A DNA stretch of 63,987 nucleotides, the filler included, from Choristocarpus tenellus KU-1152 (taxonomy: Eukaryota; Protista; Phaeophyceae), in assembly GCA_964200185.2 (NCBI GenBank). It is 10 parts of 10 records of this genome, joined end to end, with 100 filler letters (N's around TTAATTAATTAA, not from the genome) between each part and the next. Parts side by side here need not be neighbours in the genome. Positions count along the whole stretch, not along the records: positions 1 to 6,319 come from CAXNAD020008400.1; positions 6,420 to 9,555 come from CAXNAD020022067.1; positions 9,656 to 12,800 come from CAXNAD020021989.1; 7 more parts are not named here. One strand, 5' to 3'. Below, in pieces: positions 1 to 11,633 of this stretch; positions within the stretch are counted from its first letter, which is position 1; every line of letters begins with the position of its first letter. A program made the position numbers and the translations under genes. The notes under the pieces were generated by a model that was given only the letters and a program-made list of their open reading frames with translations, searched no databases and was not told the DNA's origin.

Positions 1-1271
1 ATGCACTTCTCCATGTCCGCCGTTTCGCTGTGCGAGGGGGAACGTAAAAGGCTTTGCGTCGTGGGTGACCCGCCCGCACTCCTTGCGCGAGCCTTACCCT
101 TGCCCTTGCCCCTGCCCCGACCCGCCGCTTCGTTCCCCACCAATCCAGACCCTTCACTGCCCTCCTGTGCCATGGGGCAATTGATACATAATCGATCCTT
201 GTGCCTTTCGTCGCCTACAACCTCCGCATAGGCACATTCGCCCATATGCGTGATTGAGCACCTTGGGCATGAATACCTGTCGCGCGTGTCATCGAACGGG
301 AGCATTAAACAGACAGGATAGTATTTTTCCAAATCATTAATTGGGCACAACAACGCAATGCGGAAATCCACGGTTACGAAGGATCACGAAATTGGTGGTG
401 CAAAACAGCACGAAGTAATACAGGTGAGATACAACAGTCGGTGATGTACATGCATTAACACACAATCGGACAGTGGTAAATAAAGAGACGTAGGGGTAGC
501 GACCGCAGTGCTGCACACAGAGGGACCCCGCAACATTCCACCGGTTCAATGGCGTGCGCCGCTGAAAAGATACAACATATCTATCCGTTCTGGGGATTGG
601 ATGGAAACCAATCTTACGCTATTAATTACCCTCCTCCCTATACGTGTACCGTGACAACTACATTACTCACCGAGACGTGGGTGGAGGATTGCATTCAGTA
701 CAGCAAATGCCCGCGTTCCACCCTCCCTCTTCGTTTTGTTCTTCTTCCGCACCAGGAACACTGCAGACAGAACCCCCTTCGCCCGTATCCTCCCTGTCTG
801 GCAGTCCGTTCCCTGCCTCGTCTTCGTCCCCTCCTTTGTGTTCGTCCACTCCCTCGTCTTCTTTCTCACGGTCATCTGATACCGATCCGTTGTTGCTCTC
901 AACTTCTGCGCCGCCGCCATCACAGCCCCGCCCGCTGTGGACCTGGTGGAGGTTGACCCGGTTGAGTACATCCTGGTATTTCCCATCCCAGATGGTGAGG
1001 TAAGCGCGTAGAGTCGAGTCCTTCTCGATAATCTAGTAGTAGAGACGGTGGAGGACGTCATTGAGGAGAGGAGGGGACGATGGTGACGTCAAAAATGGGA
1101 GAGTGTAATGGAAGTACGATAGCATGTCAATCGAGCAGAGCAAACGATATGGTTGACGTGGTGAACGTGTTTAATGGAGGCGACTTGCGGGGCGAAATAG
1201 TTTGAAACAAGTCAATGTCGAAGACGCCAATCATATACATTTTTTTTCAGTGACACGTATTGGAGGCAGAA

Positions 1272-1533
1272 GAGCCAAAGTATCTCAGAAAGTAGAGCCT
1301 CATCCAATTGGGGGTCAAAAGACAATGTTGTGATTTTGATGTAATTTTTGGCTGTTGTGTATGTTAGGGAGTGTCAATATCCTTGTTCCACACACACCTT
1401 TTCATAACATAAATATTTCACCTACTCTAAAATATTTCGGAGTAGGAAAATGTCATAAGAAAACCAATGGGAAGTCAATCCCCACAAATGGACAAACAGG
1501 GGAAAATTCCTACCCTCTAAGATAGTTTCACTC
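1272..1533 (+). mobile_element. MITE family A (about 260 bp), in intron 5 of the ParB-like gene
   Basis: TIRs GAGCCAAAGTATCT...AGATAGTTTCACTC; 4-bp TSD AGAA at 1268-1271 and 1534-1537; several similar copies in the window. Confidence 0.9.
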
Positions 1534-2999
1534 AGAAACGAGGTGGAGATTGACCAAGATCGTTGTCTACGGTGGAAGAAAACGATTTGCTATTCCCGCT
1601 ATTAGCAACGAAAGACTAGAACTGACAAAACAGCAAAGTTTGTAGTATGGAAGGCAACCTTGTCGCCACAGAATCACGAAGAAGATCCACAACCAATCCT
1701 ACCAAGCATCAACTATTTTTTTCGGTACAAGCCATTTCAGCTGTAGTTACGAACACGGGAGGCACACTCACGGCTCTGATCCGTTGCAGAGGTTTCATTT
1801 CGACAATCGTGGAGATGTTTGCCCTCAGTTGGCGGACGGGCCCCGCCTGTTGGTCGCCAGATGAAACCTTCTGCAGAAGTTGGGCCACCTCCGCCTTCCT
1901 CTCCTCATAGTGGCGCTTGACCCAGAGCTCGTGCATATAGCACTTCTCGTATGCGAGCCTGTCCATTTCCCTGGTAGCCCGTACATCATTCACGTAACAT
2001 CCGGAATTCAGGGCGATTTTGCAATAATCATTAAGTGCGGTGCAGAAAAAGACGCTGACAGCACATTATACAATTGAGGGGCACATGGCGATGTATGGGT
2101 GCGCAGGAGATACGGAAAAGGAAAAAAAAATACACAACACCAACTGCACAATTTACCAACCTTTGGAGCTCTTATGCCCACTTCTCCTTGGGCACAATCT
2201 GCCTGGTGCGCGAGATAAGCATCTCAGACATGTGCGCGTCCGATTCGATCTCCTTGTGGTCCTTCGTCGTAGGAGGCTTCCCGTAGAACGACTTGTATCT
2301 GCTAAAATAGAATTGCCACGAAGGGCGTCAAGGAGAATGATGCGCAGGTTATGAAGAGGAAATGATCGCCACTGCAGCAAATATTCATCACTCGATTGTC
2401 GTGCTTCCTAAAAGACAAGAGCGAACATACACGGGCAATACGCACTGTAGAATTACCAGAATACTACGAAGGGATTTTCGTTCGACACAACAATGGCCGA
2501 CTAAATTCGTCATCGTAGTAGACACTTATTTCACGCTCCTGTGCAATGTGCTGCAACCTGCATAAACTGTGCATACTGCTGCCTACACGATAAAACACGA
2601 TGGCGTTTTGGCTTGCCTAGCAAGCAGTTGGATGCATAGCCCCTGCTTGAGAGAAGTGAAGCCGGCAAACTCCTCGGTCGTCAGATAGTTTAGTGAGATT
2701 GCATTGCGGTCAATCGTTGGCGACGAGGACTGACACACTTCCTTCAGTACCTCGAAGGACTCTGGTTGAAGGGAGTTTACGCCTTGCTTCCATTTTCGTA
2801 GAGTTGACTTCGACGGGGTAGTAACGCCCACCTTCGCGATGGGCAGAAAACGGAAAACATTATACACACAGCCAGCGAGGATGAGGCATCATTATTACCA
2901 CGCCAACTTTGTATATATGTGTGTGGGGGAGGGGGGGGGTTCCAGGCAACACCGTCGATATAACAATCAAGAAGTAATTTTATTGCACGTCTGTGGTTA

Positions 3000-3258
3000 G
3001 AGCCAAAGTATCTTTGAGGGTAGAGCCGCGTCCGTTTGGGGGCCAAAATCCAAAGTTGCGATTTTGATGCAAATTGGGCTCTTGTGTTAGTCAGGAAGTA
3101 TCAATATCCTTGTTCCGAACACACCTTTTCATAACATACACATTTCACTTACTTCAAAACATTTCGGAGTAGGAAAATGTCATTAAAAAATCTGTGGAAA
3201 GCCAAGCCCCAAATGGACAAACAGAGCAAAATTTGTACCCTCTAAGATACTTTCACTC
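3000..3258 (+). mobile_element. MITE family A, in intron 2 of the ParB-like gene
   Basis: TIRs GAGCCAAAGTATCT...AGATACTTTCACTC; 4-bp TSD GTTA at 2996-2999 and 3259-3262. Confidence 0.9.
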
Positions 3259-5163
3259 GTTAACCACACATACATACTACATGGTCACCCGAAGATCAAT
3301 AAGTTGGTTCACAGGGTATCTAAACGCGGGATAACTATCTCAACTTAGGTTGAATAGTTCGACACAGGGATATCTCGCAACAGCTGTAAATCAACTAGAA
3401 GAGGAGTAGAGCGCGACAATCCCACCAATGTCGACAACTATCTCACCTGCTGGTACATTTTGTGGATATCTCCTATTGACACTTCTTTATTTTTCCTCTG
3501 TCGCTTGATAGCTTGTTGGAGCTTGTGCTGAAAATATATCTTATCATATAACGTGTGCTCAACCATACTCTCTATCGCGTCGTTGAATACTATAAGCATA
3601 GTGATGCAGTGGGCGAACGGGACAAGGGTTAGGTGGGGAGCGATCGCGGGACACATGCGGCCTGCGACATCAAGAAACATGTTGCTGTGGACAGGAATAC
3701 CACGGGGGATAAAAAAGATGAGCAAAGAAAAGATCCACAATGGGCTGACTGACAATGAACATAGCAAGGGAAACTCGACAACAACTTCGTGTATCAGAAT
3801 AGTCATCAGGTGATCACGGAACAACGAAAACACTCAACTTATTTCGGCGCTTGGTTGATCAGAACGGTCAGGCGATTATGGAACAACGAAAACACTCCAT
3901 CACCCACCATTGGCAATTAGCCTCTCTTCTGCTTGGTTGAACTCCATGTAGATTCGCATGGTGAAAGCGTGCTCGGGATCAAACACTCTCTTCAGCACCG
4001 TTACCCTATGGTTTCCGTCCAATACTCACCCTTCAATGGCAAGCGCCGTTTCAGCGTTCAGTTGATCCATATTACCTAAACTTTCTCTCTGGATGACAAC
4101 ACTTGGGGCACTCTGTTCCAGCCAGCCTTTCCCATTTATTGACTTCATCACGCTCGCAAGGCCACGCTCGCTCAAAGGATGCACCATATCTGTGCATGTG
4201 ATATGTCCCAGCTTCATCTTAAACGACCCCAGATAATGTTCATCCAATAGCCAGGACATGCCAGTAGGGGGTAGGTCCTGGCTTCTGGATTTCAAACTTT
4301 TCCCATCGGCGGGCGGGTGGGTTATTGTTCTTGAAATGTTCGACATGACAAAATTGGGTTAGTGTGATGGGGATGGGTAAGCAAGAGGTCTCCTTGGTAT
4401 CTATGGAAGGGAATGAATTGAAATGAGGACTGAGGGATGGTAGGTGCTGTTTTATGTCGTCTGACCTTTCGATCCTCAAAACTCAGATTGCACATTTTTT
4501 ATGAGAATTGCGTTACAAAATACGAATATCAAACAGCATAGGATTTCAATTTTTTGTTATTATGCCCTCTGCCATTTTGCAGATGTGTCAAGGGGGAAAC
4601 CAACCTAAACTATATATATGTATAAATGTCGTTATTAGCCTCATATTGAACTGGGACAGAGGGTGTCTGTATTTTCGTGACCTTTTCGGCATACTATCAC
4701 GTTTTGAATGTATGAGATCAATGAAGGATGTGGTTTGTATCTGTATTTGTTGGTGTAAAGATTATAATACCATTCTACTTTTGGAAAAACCCTGCCGCAC
4801 ATGTTCTGAGTGTTCAACGGTATTACTGCTTACCAGCAAGCAGGAATACGATAGATCCGCTTATGTTATCTAGTGTTTATTTAAACCCTAAAGACGCCAA
4901 GAAGTGGATTTAAGGTTTATTTAAATAGTGAATACTAGTTGGAATGACTTCTTAGATTTTCTGAAATTGGAAACGTGTGAGACCCCTGAAGTTCGTTCTT
5001 GGTATTTAAAAAAACCCTAAGCACAGTTTTCAGTGGGTTTAGTATTTAAAAAAACCCTAATGCACGTGTAAAGTGACTCATAGGGAATAAGTGCTTGGTG
5101 ATGTGTACTTTTACGTAAAGTGACTCTTATTATCGACTTGCACGTTTATGACAATCGCTATGT

Positions 5164-5515
5164 GATTCAAAGTATCTTAGAGATTAGGGTCGAGTCTGAG
5201 TGAAAGTATCTTAGAGGATACGCATTTTGCTCTGTTTCTCCATTATTTGAGGCTTGGCTTCCCGTGGGGTTTTTTGTGACACTTTCCTACTCCAAAATGT
5301 TTTGGAGTAGTAGGTTAAATGTAAATGTCATGAAAAACTGTGTCCAGAACATGGACATTGTTCCACACACACCTTTTCACAACATAATAAATATTTCACC
5401 TACTACTACTCTAAAATTTCTCAGAGTAGGAAAAATGTATTTAGAAGAACGTGTGAGGCCAAGCCCCAAACAGACAAACAGGGCAAAAATCATACCCTCT
5501 AAGATACTTTCACTC
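5164..5515. mobile_element. Rearranged MITE family A (left end + inverted right half + forward right half)
   Basis: Left TIR at 5164, inverted right-end copy at 5198-~5359, forward right half ending CACTC at 5515; 5198-5515 forms a long imperfect palindrome. Confidence 0.8.
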
Positions 5516-5597
5516 ATCACGTCCGATTCAGTAAGATTTTGTACTTCAAATACATAGAGGGCTGGGGTTGTTTTTTCACTAACCCTGGTTACTGTAA

Positions 5598-6222
5598 ATT
5601 GGAAACATACAAGATAAATTAAGTACGTGATTGATATCTTGAAAAATACAAATTACTACTGATATAATTATATTATTTAGAAATGGAAATCACGGATATA
5701 ATCTGACTTACAATTTCTGAAAAATGTAATGCACGGATTTTCAGGATCGGTGGGATCGAAAGGGTGGTCCACCGATCGCCCGAGGATGAAATAAAGTTGA
5801 TTTAGGAACATTGGAAATGTACCATAACAACTAAGTATGTGTTTGGTATCTTACAAAAATACAAACACTGATATAATTGGATTTAAAAAAAAAATAGAAA
5901 TCACGAATATAATCCGATGTACAACTCCTGAAAAATGTAACGCACGGATTTTCAGGATCAGTGGAATCGAAAGGGTGGTCCCACCGATAGCCTGAGGACG
6001 AAACAAAGTTTACTTCGGAACATTGGAAATGTACAATAACAATCAAGTATGTGTTTGGTATCTTAAAAAATACAAACGCTGATATAATTGGAAGTTTTAA
6101 ATCTAGAATTCGCATATATATAATCTGATTTACAACTTCTGAAAAATGTCACGCACGGATTTTCAGGGTCGGTGGGATCAAAAGGGTGATCCCACCGATC
6201 CTGAAAAAGATAAAACAAAGTT
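5598..6222. repeat. Three tandem 212-bp repeats, each with an internal inverted repeat
   Basis: Unit anchor ATTGGAAA at 5598, 5810 and 6022. Each unit has a variant of TCAGGATCGGTGGGATC-AAAGGG-GRTCCCACCGAT. Copy 3 has a 21-bp stem (6160-6180 with 6187-6207, one G-T pair). Confidence 0.9.
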
Positions 6223-6319
6223 CATACGCTTGTCTTCGAATGTAATAACTCCTACACCTTCTCACTGCCCAAGACCGCCTGTTGCTCGAAAAGACCATAC
6301 CAGTTGCTTCCACAGCAAG

Positions 6320-6419
6320 NNNNNNNNNNNNNNNNNNNNNNNNNNNNNNNNNNNNNNNNNNNNTTAATTAATTAANNNNNNNNNNNNNNNNNNNNNNNNN
6401 NNNNNNNNNNNNNNNNNNN
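6320..6419. other. Artificial contig linker N44-TTAATTAATTAA-N44 (others at about 9556, 12801, 15553, 18179, 21057, 32501, 57698, 61302)
   Basis: Identical 100-bp spacer with a stop-codon linker recurs nine times; assembly artefact. Confidence 0.97.
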
Positions 6420-6475
6420 CGCAAAAAAAACATCCTCATAGTCCCGCGCCTTCCTCAATTTTGAGATTCCCCTGT

Positions 6476-6698
6476 TCCCTGTTTATTCGTTGGAGGCTTG
6501 ACTTCCCACCTGTTTTTTATGCCCTTTCGGTTTTCTGTGTGGACACAGTTACGTGAAATGTGGAAGGCTATGAAAGGTGTGTCCCGAGCAAGGATATTGA
6601 TAGTTTCTAAAAACATTATAGTCAAAATGAATCAAAATCGCAACATTAGATTTATGATCCCAACGGATGGGACTCTGCCCTCTTAAATACTTTGACTC
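6476..6698 (-). mobile_element. Diverged, truncated MITE family A copy
   Basis: Reverse-strand similarity to family A internal sequence; ends AAATACTTTGACTC at 6698. Confidence 0.7.
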
Positions 6699-7768
6699 AA
6701 CACACCAGTCAATCACTTCTGGAGGAAGGGGGTTTGCACTATATGGGTTCCTACCAACAGGCTTGGTATCAGACTCTACAAGAATTTCTGCTCTAGGTAG
6801 AGTTCATGGGCCCAGTTCTGCTACATTCAACGAAAATACCAATCTGTAACAAGCACACAGGTCTAAAAGTTGAGATACTTGTGGCTGATTGCACGTGGTA
6901 TCTTTGAATGCATTTGTCTTACTGAAAGCTTGATGTAACTCCTCTCTTCCTTCACTGAATGGGGTGGAATCGATGTTCAGAGCACTAACAGTGAGGGGTG
7001 TCTAATCAGAAATTGGGATCAAGTGGCCAATCATAAGATGTTTCTTGACACGAACCCTATGGGTTTGCCAATCGGACTAATACTGATTTGGTATTACCGA
7101 CCAAGTACTGAGACGATACGATTCCATGGATACGTGGATTCATGTGCTAGACTACATCAAGCATTGAATTTATTACTGGCTCAACTACAATGACAATATC
7201 AACGGACCCCCTTTCAGCAGTTAGTTGTGCAACGTACGATGATTTCATGACCAGGTATATTGTACTGTCTTCTGTAGACGGACAGGTACAGGTTCAAAAT
7301 CGTCTTGCAAACTCACTACAGAGCATGAAGGAGTACCACTTGTATCGTGCACTTGCTGTGTTCGACTCCTTGTCATGTGATGTCTTGCTGGAATGGTTAG
7401 ACAAGCTGTTGTGGAACGAGAGACATTGCCCTTGCCAATGAGGATTGCACTGAAGGCCTTGCGTGGCACTATTGTCAAGCAGTATTTGATCAGGGCCACC
7501 TTGAGAAAATTACAAGATTCAACGGGCAATGTAGCATCACCAAGTGTAAGTGCAAAACGAATTAATCGACGAATGTGCACTGGTGAACCATTGGCAGTGT
7601 GTAGATTTATTGCGCCAGGTTAGGGTTAGGTGGAACAGGATGCATATCCAAACGATTTAGTTGAGGGTGGCTGCAAACAAATTCCTCTGAAATGCATGGC
7701 ACATTACTTGGTTTGCCGTGTCAATGGCTAAGTCACCTTCTTCTTGTTGACTTTCCACGATGCCAGAT

Positions 7769-8037
7769 GAGTGGAAGTATCTTAGAGGGTACGAGTTTTT
7801 CCCTGTTTGTCCATTTGGGGCTTGACTTCCCACGGGTATTTAAATTAAATTTTACCTTTCTCCAAAATGTTTCGGAGTATATCAAATTTGTACGTTATTA
7901 TGAACGGTGAGTTCGAAAAAGGATATTGACATCTCCTAACAAACATGATATCCAAAATTACATCAAAATTGCAACATTGGATTTTGGCCTCCAACTTAAC
8001 GCGGCTCTACCCCCAACCCCCTGAGATACTTTGACAT
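7769..8037 (-). mobile_element. MITE family A
   Basis: GAGTGGAAGTATCTTAGAGGG...AGATACTTTGACAT; 4-bp TSD AGAT at 7765-7768 and 8038-8041. Confidence 0.85.
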
Positions 8038-8838
8038 AGATACACAAACCCTCTGTGATAAAAATGATAAGATTTTGAAGTAGATGAGTATCTGTACAAA
8101 GAACTGTTGAACAAGTTGTATTATTGTACCGCCTTGTTTGAACTAAGGACAAAGAAAACTGTTTATTGCCAGGCGGACAGGCAAAAAACAATGCCTGATG
8201 GGCAAGTGGTGTGACGGGTGTCAATCACTGACGCTTGCCATTCTCTATGATGATGAACTTAACTACTTCCTCCGTTCAGAATAAATCTAATATAACTTTT
8301 GCAGCCCCAATGAAAAGCAATTTTTTTTTCACGTCCATAATTTATGGCTGAATGATGCAGACACTAAAATAAAAAGGTTGTCCACCAAAGTCTCATCCAA
8401 AATGGGGCAGCTCACATCTATCTATGATTCCATCCACGAAGACCTCCAAAGCTCCATTCCACCACGGTATTACGCCACCTCCACCAGAGCATTCGAGGGG
8501 AGCTTGCCCGTCTTCTCAGCCTTTTCCTTGCTGAGATGAGAAATTTAGAAGACATTGTCACCCTTGGACCCCAGCACTTTAACGTAGACTTCGAAGAGGC
8601 TCTGCCCGACACGCTCTAGTGTCTCCTGGGGGTACACAACGAACACCTTGCCAAGATTATGCGATAAATTCATGTGGGAAAATGCTAAGGAAAAATTCAG
8701 TTGGATAACGGGATAATTGATAGTAATCTCTCTGTTGAGTGACCAAGAGAACATTATCCCGGTTATTACAGTACCACAAAAAGAATCCTAGAAAAGGAAT
8801 GTTGTAGTGTAAGTAACACAGATTGAGTGATGAGTTAT

Positions 8839-9484
8839 TGGTGATCAGCGATGGGTAAAAGGTCTACCACCGCCCTCACTTGATGTTTCTCACTCCAACT
8901 TTCTACCTATTACAACGTAGCTGAGAAGGAACTAATCTACATATTGACTTGGGATCGTAAACATTCTTTAACATGCTACTTAGAATGTCAAAGTGTGCTG
9001 ACATCTCAAGCTAGTAGTAGAAGGAATAGACGGAGTCCTGATGGCGTCTACTGTCGGTAACGTGAAATGGAGGAAGAAGATGTTGGGGCGGAAGTCGAAG
9101 ACTTCTACAATGAAGATGAGCCAGAGACAAAGGGGATAACGACTTCAAGAAGCACTGCGGAAGTGGACCTGTAGCGCCTCATCCCACTTCCCTCCAAGTT
9201 TGTGGTGTACAATGGTGATGATGATGTCTCTCAGAAGGTTTTGAGGCCCTAAGAGATCGATTCACAAGAGATAGGATCGCAGAGGGAGTGATCTTGAGGA
9301 CCAAGATGCATCAACTATGTCTACCGATTGGGGGAGATCCTGCGGAAATTATCATGCAAATGAAGAAATTGGTGAAGAAAATGCGGAGTCTTGGTGTGGA
9401 ACCTGACGAAGAAGAACAGTTAACAGTTATACACAACTGTTTTGCAGCGGAATATATGATCGAGATTCGCCAGGTTTCTGATGG
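8839..9484 (+). mobile_element. Degenerate Ty1/Copia gag relic with candidate primer-binding site
   Basis: LRTKMHQLCLPIGGDPAEIIMQMKKLVKKMRSLGVEPDEEEQLTVIHNCFAAEY resembles Copia gag (UBN2-like). TGGTGATCAGCGATGGGT at ~8839 has the 18-nt form of a tRNA 3'-end complement. Interrupted by a MITE at 9485. Confidence 0.55.
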
Positions 9485-9555
9485 GCGTCAAAGTATCTGA
9501 GGGGGAGTGTCGGCGTCCGTTTTTCACCCTTTTTTCGATTCTCACTTTTTTGGTG
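9485..9555 (+). mobile_element. MITE family C end (truncated by gap)
   Basis: CAAAGTATCTGAGGGGG...GCGTCCGTTTTTCACCC; matches the reverse complement of 12901-12973. Confidence 0.7.
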
Positions 9556-9655
9556 NNNNNNNNNNNNNNNNNNNNNNNNNNNNNNNNNNNNNNNNNNNNT
9601 TAATTAATTAANNNNNNNNNNNNNNNNNNNNNNNNNNNNNNNNNNNNNNNNNNNN

Positions 9656-9710
9656 ATTGTATTTTGACCCCCAAATGGACGCGACTCTACCCTCTAAGAT
9701 ACTTTGGCTC
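9656..9710 (-). mobile_element. MITE family A end (truncated by gap)
   Basis: CCCCCAAATGGACGCGACTCTACCCTCTAAGATACTTTGGCTC. Confidence 0.8.
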
Positions 9711-10561
9711 ACCTGGTCAATAAGATAGGAGCTGATTTGTTTTGGGGCAGGGTACCTGGAGGAGATGTCCCAATGCTAACAATCCGATAGGCTTTGCTCT
9801 CCACCCTCGTCGATGAGCACATGAAAGTTGAACTTGTGTGCTATAAGATAGTCATTGCCACTTTCAAGATATTCAACGATTTCATACATTTGTGTAAGGG
9901 GAAAGATGGCGCAGGGTGCTTCAGTTGAGCGCGGAGGTAAGTATGCTGTCTCTTGTCTTATGCAGGTGGTGGTATGATCTGCCTTTGAAATAACAATTTC
10001 CATACTTCCTTACTGTTGCAACAAAACCATTGTCTAATTGCTAGATGCAAAAGTCTCACGGCTCTCATGCTCATTTGTATGGATGCATTCACTGAGCACG
10101 AGCTTAACACCCCAATGACTCAAGATTTCCCTATCCTGTTTCGTTCCATGGACACAGCAAGCCTCGAGTAGATTGAGACATGCAGGGACTCTGTTGCCCC
10201 ATTTCTTCTCTTTGGCATTGTCCACCTAACAGAGCAGATGGCCGACCAATATTCATTAAAACCTCCATAGTGTGCCCAAGAAGGTACTTGACACAGCCGT
10301 GAACATCGAATGTACATATTAGCAACCTCAAGAGACCCCTGCCGTACCTACTACCACTTGGGCCGTTACTACTACCACTACTACTGCTACAGTGACAACA
10401 AAGACTGCAATTTGTGAGTAGATATTGTAAGGATAAGGTCCTCATGGTGTCATCTTCCACACATGTATTTTTATATACACTTTTTTGTATGTATTCGTAC
10501 ACATATCTGTGCCTTCTTTCTTATGGACACCTACCTCCCATGTTATCCTCCTCCAGTGCTT

Positions 10562-11250
10562 ATTTGTAGTTGAGAGATCAGGACAACCCCTTACACTACA
10601 GAAAAACAAAAATCACTCCCCCCACCCCCTCTCTTTTGTCATAAATGGTGTTCTTATTTTTACTAGTAGTCCTTCTGCATTCAATATATTTATTTCCCTC
10701 CTGCAAGTTACTTCATCATGTTGTAGTCGCATATATGCGTTTGTTTGTTTTTTTATGACAGATGTGCGTAGTATGCCAATTTAGGCGAGGGAGAGTTATT
10801 TACTATTGAATTTGCTGCGTGGCGAGTACCTGCTATTGTCGTCATGATGTATTAATTCAGCCAATAATAGCGAGTGGTTTGGCATTATGCAACTCATATT
10901 CACAATCCATTTGTAGTTGAGAGATCAGGACAATTCCCCCACCACAAAAATGTCCTGTTAAAACCCCCCCTCCCTCCCTTGTGTCATAAATTGTTTATAT
11001 TATTATTGGTGTTCTCTTTTGTTTTATTATTTTCTTCTCCTTCTTGCGAGTAACCTTGGATTGTTGCTGTAGCTGCATACATGCATTAAGAAGTTTGGTG
11101 ACATACAGACGTAGTATGCCGATTTACGCGAGCGAGTGTTGTTTATTGTTGATATTGTTTTTGCTCCGTGGTAGTGCCTGTTGTGATGTTATATCAACAC
11201 AGTCGATAGCGAGCAGTTTAACACTGTACATCCCTCAGCATTACACCACT
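10562..11250. repeat. Old diverged tandem duplication, about 347-bp unit x2
   Basis: ATTTGTAGTTGAGAGATCAGGACAA at 10562 and 10909, followed by collinear blocks (GTCATAAAT, CGTAGTATGCCRATTTA, ATAGCGAG). Confidence 0.75.
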
Positions 11251-11633
11251 CAGTAATACTACCACTACTACTACAAGTAGTCCTTCCTTACTTTTGTACT
11301 CGTTCTTCTTGTTTCTCCATCTTTTTCTACGACAACAGCAGCAGCAATTACTGTTATTGATGTTTTTACTCAATACACAGTATTTATAGTAATTATTCAG
11401 TAAGTAATCACACGTACTAGTGCTACGCAATGTTAATGAGTTGAAGATCGTTGACTACAAAATAATTTGGAGTAACACTGTTGACAACCGCAACAACAAT
11501 GATGGAAGAGGTGGCGGAGGAGAAAAGAAGAAGTGCAGACAGGTAACAAGATCACATTATGTGAAAGCTGTCAGGGTATTTGGTGGTGGTAGTGATACCA
11601 GTTGTAGTACTGGTAGCAAGTAGTAGTACTAAT

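Larger units (their letters stand above)
1..4346 (-). pseudogene. Spliced ParB/Srx-like domain + putative HTH + acidic tract + PHD-like zinc-finger gene; two premature stops; runs off the window at position 1
   Basis: Hand-spliced exons 4346-3908, 3589-3447, 2831-2617 (GC donor), 2298-2161, 2054-1868, 1032-671 and 276-<1 join with all phases consistent (about 586 codons in the window). Translation includes LSERGLASVMKSINGKGW...EG*VLDGNHRVTVL (ParB/Srx-like), IGDIHKMYQQVGVTTPSKSTLRKWKQG (HTH-like), an E/D-rich tract, CCTEC..YSCPRCSITHMGEC..LCINC (C4HC3-like, split across an intron) and GRGRGKGKGK. In-frame stops: TGA at 4026-4028 and TAA at 2172-2174. Confidence 0.75.

Noticed and set aside
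663-1061. Alternative minus-strand frame (RIRAKGVLSAVFLV...) as the true exon
   Set aside because: The acidic frame matches phases on both sides and completes the zinc finger across the intron.
5598-6222. CRISPR-like array (palindromic repeats with spacers)
   Set aside because: The sequences between palindromes are themselves homologous, so this is a tandem repeat without unique spacers; no cas genes and a eukaryotic context.
6320-6419. Recurrent TTAATTAATTAA motif as a biological repeat
   Set aside because: Always centred in an identical 100-bp N spacer; it is an assembly linker.
6720-7620. Decayed coding-like stretches (also ~8440-8660, 9720-10330, 12130-12300, 62540-63170)
   Set aside because: Probably old TE debris, but no diagnostic motif supports a family call.
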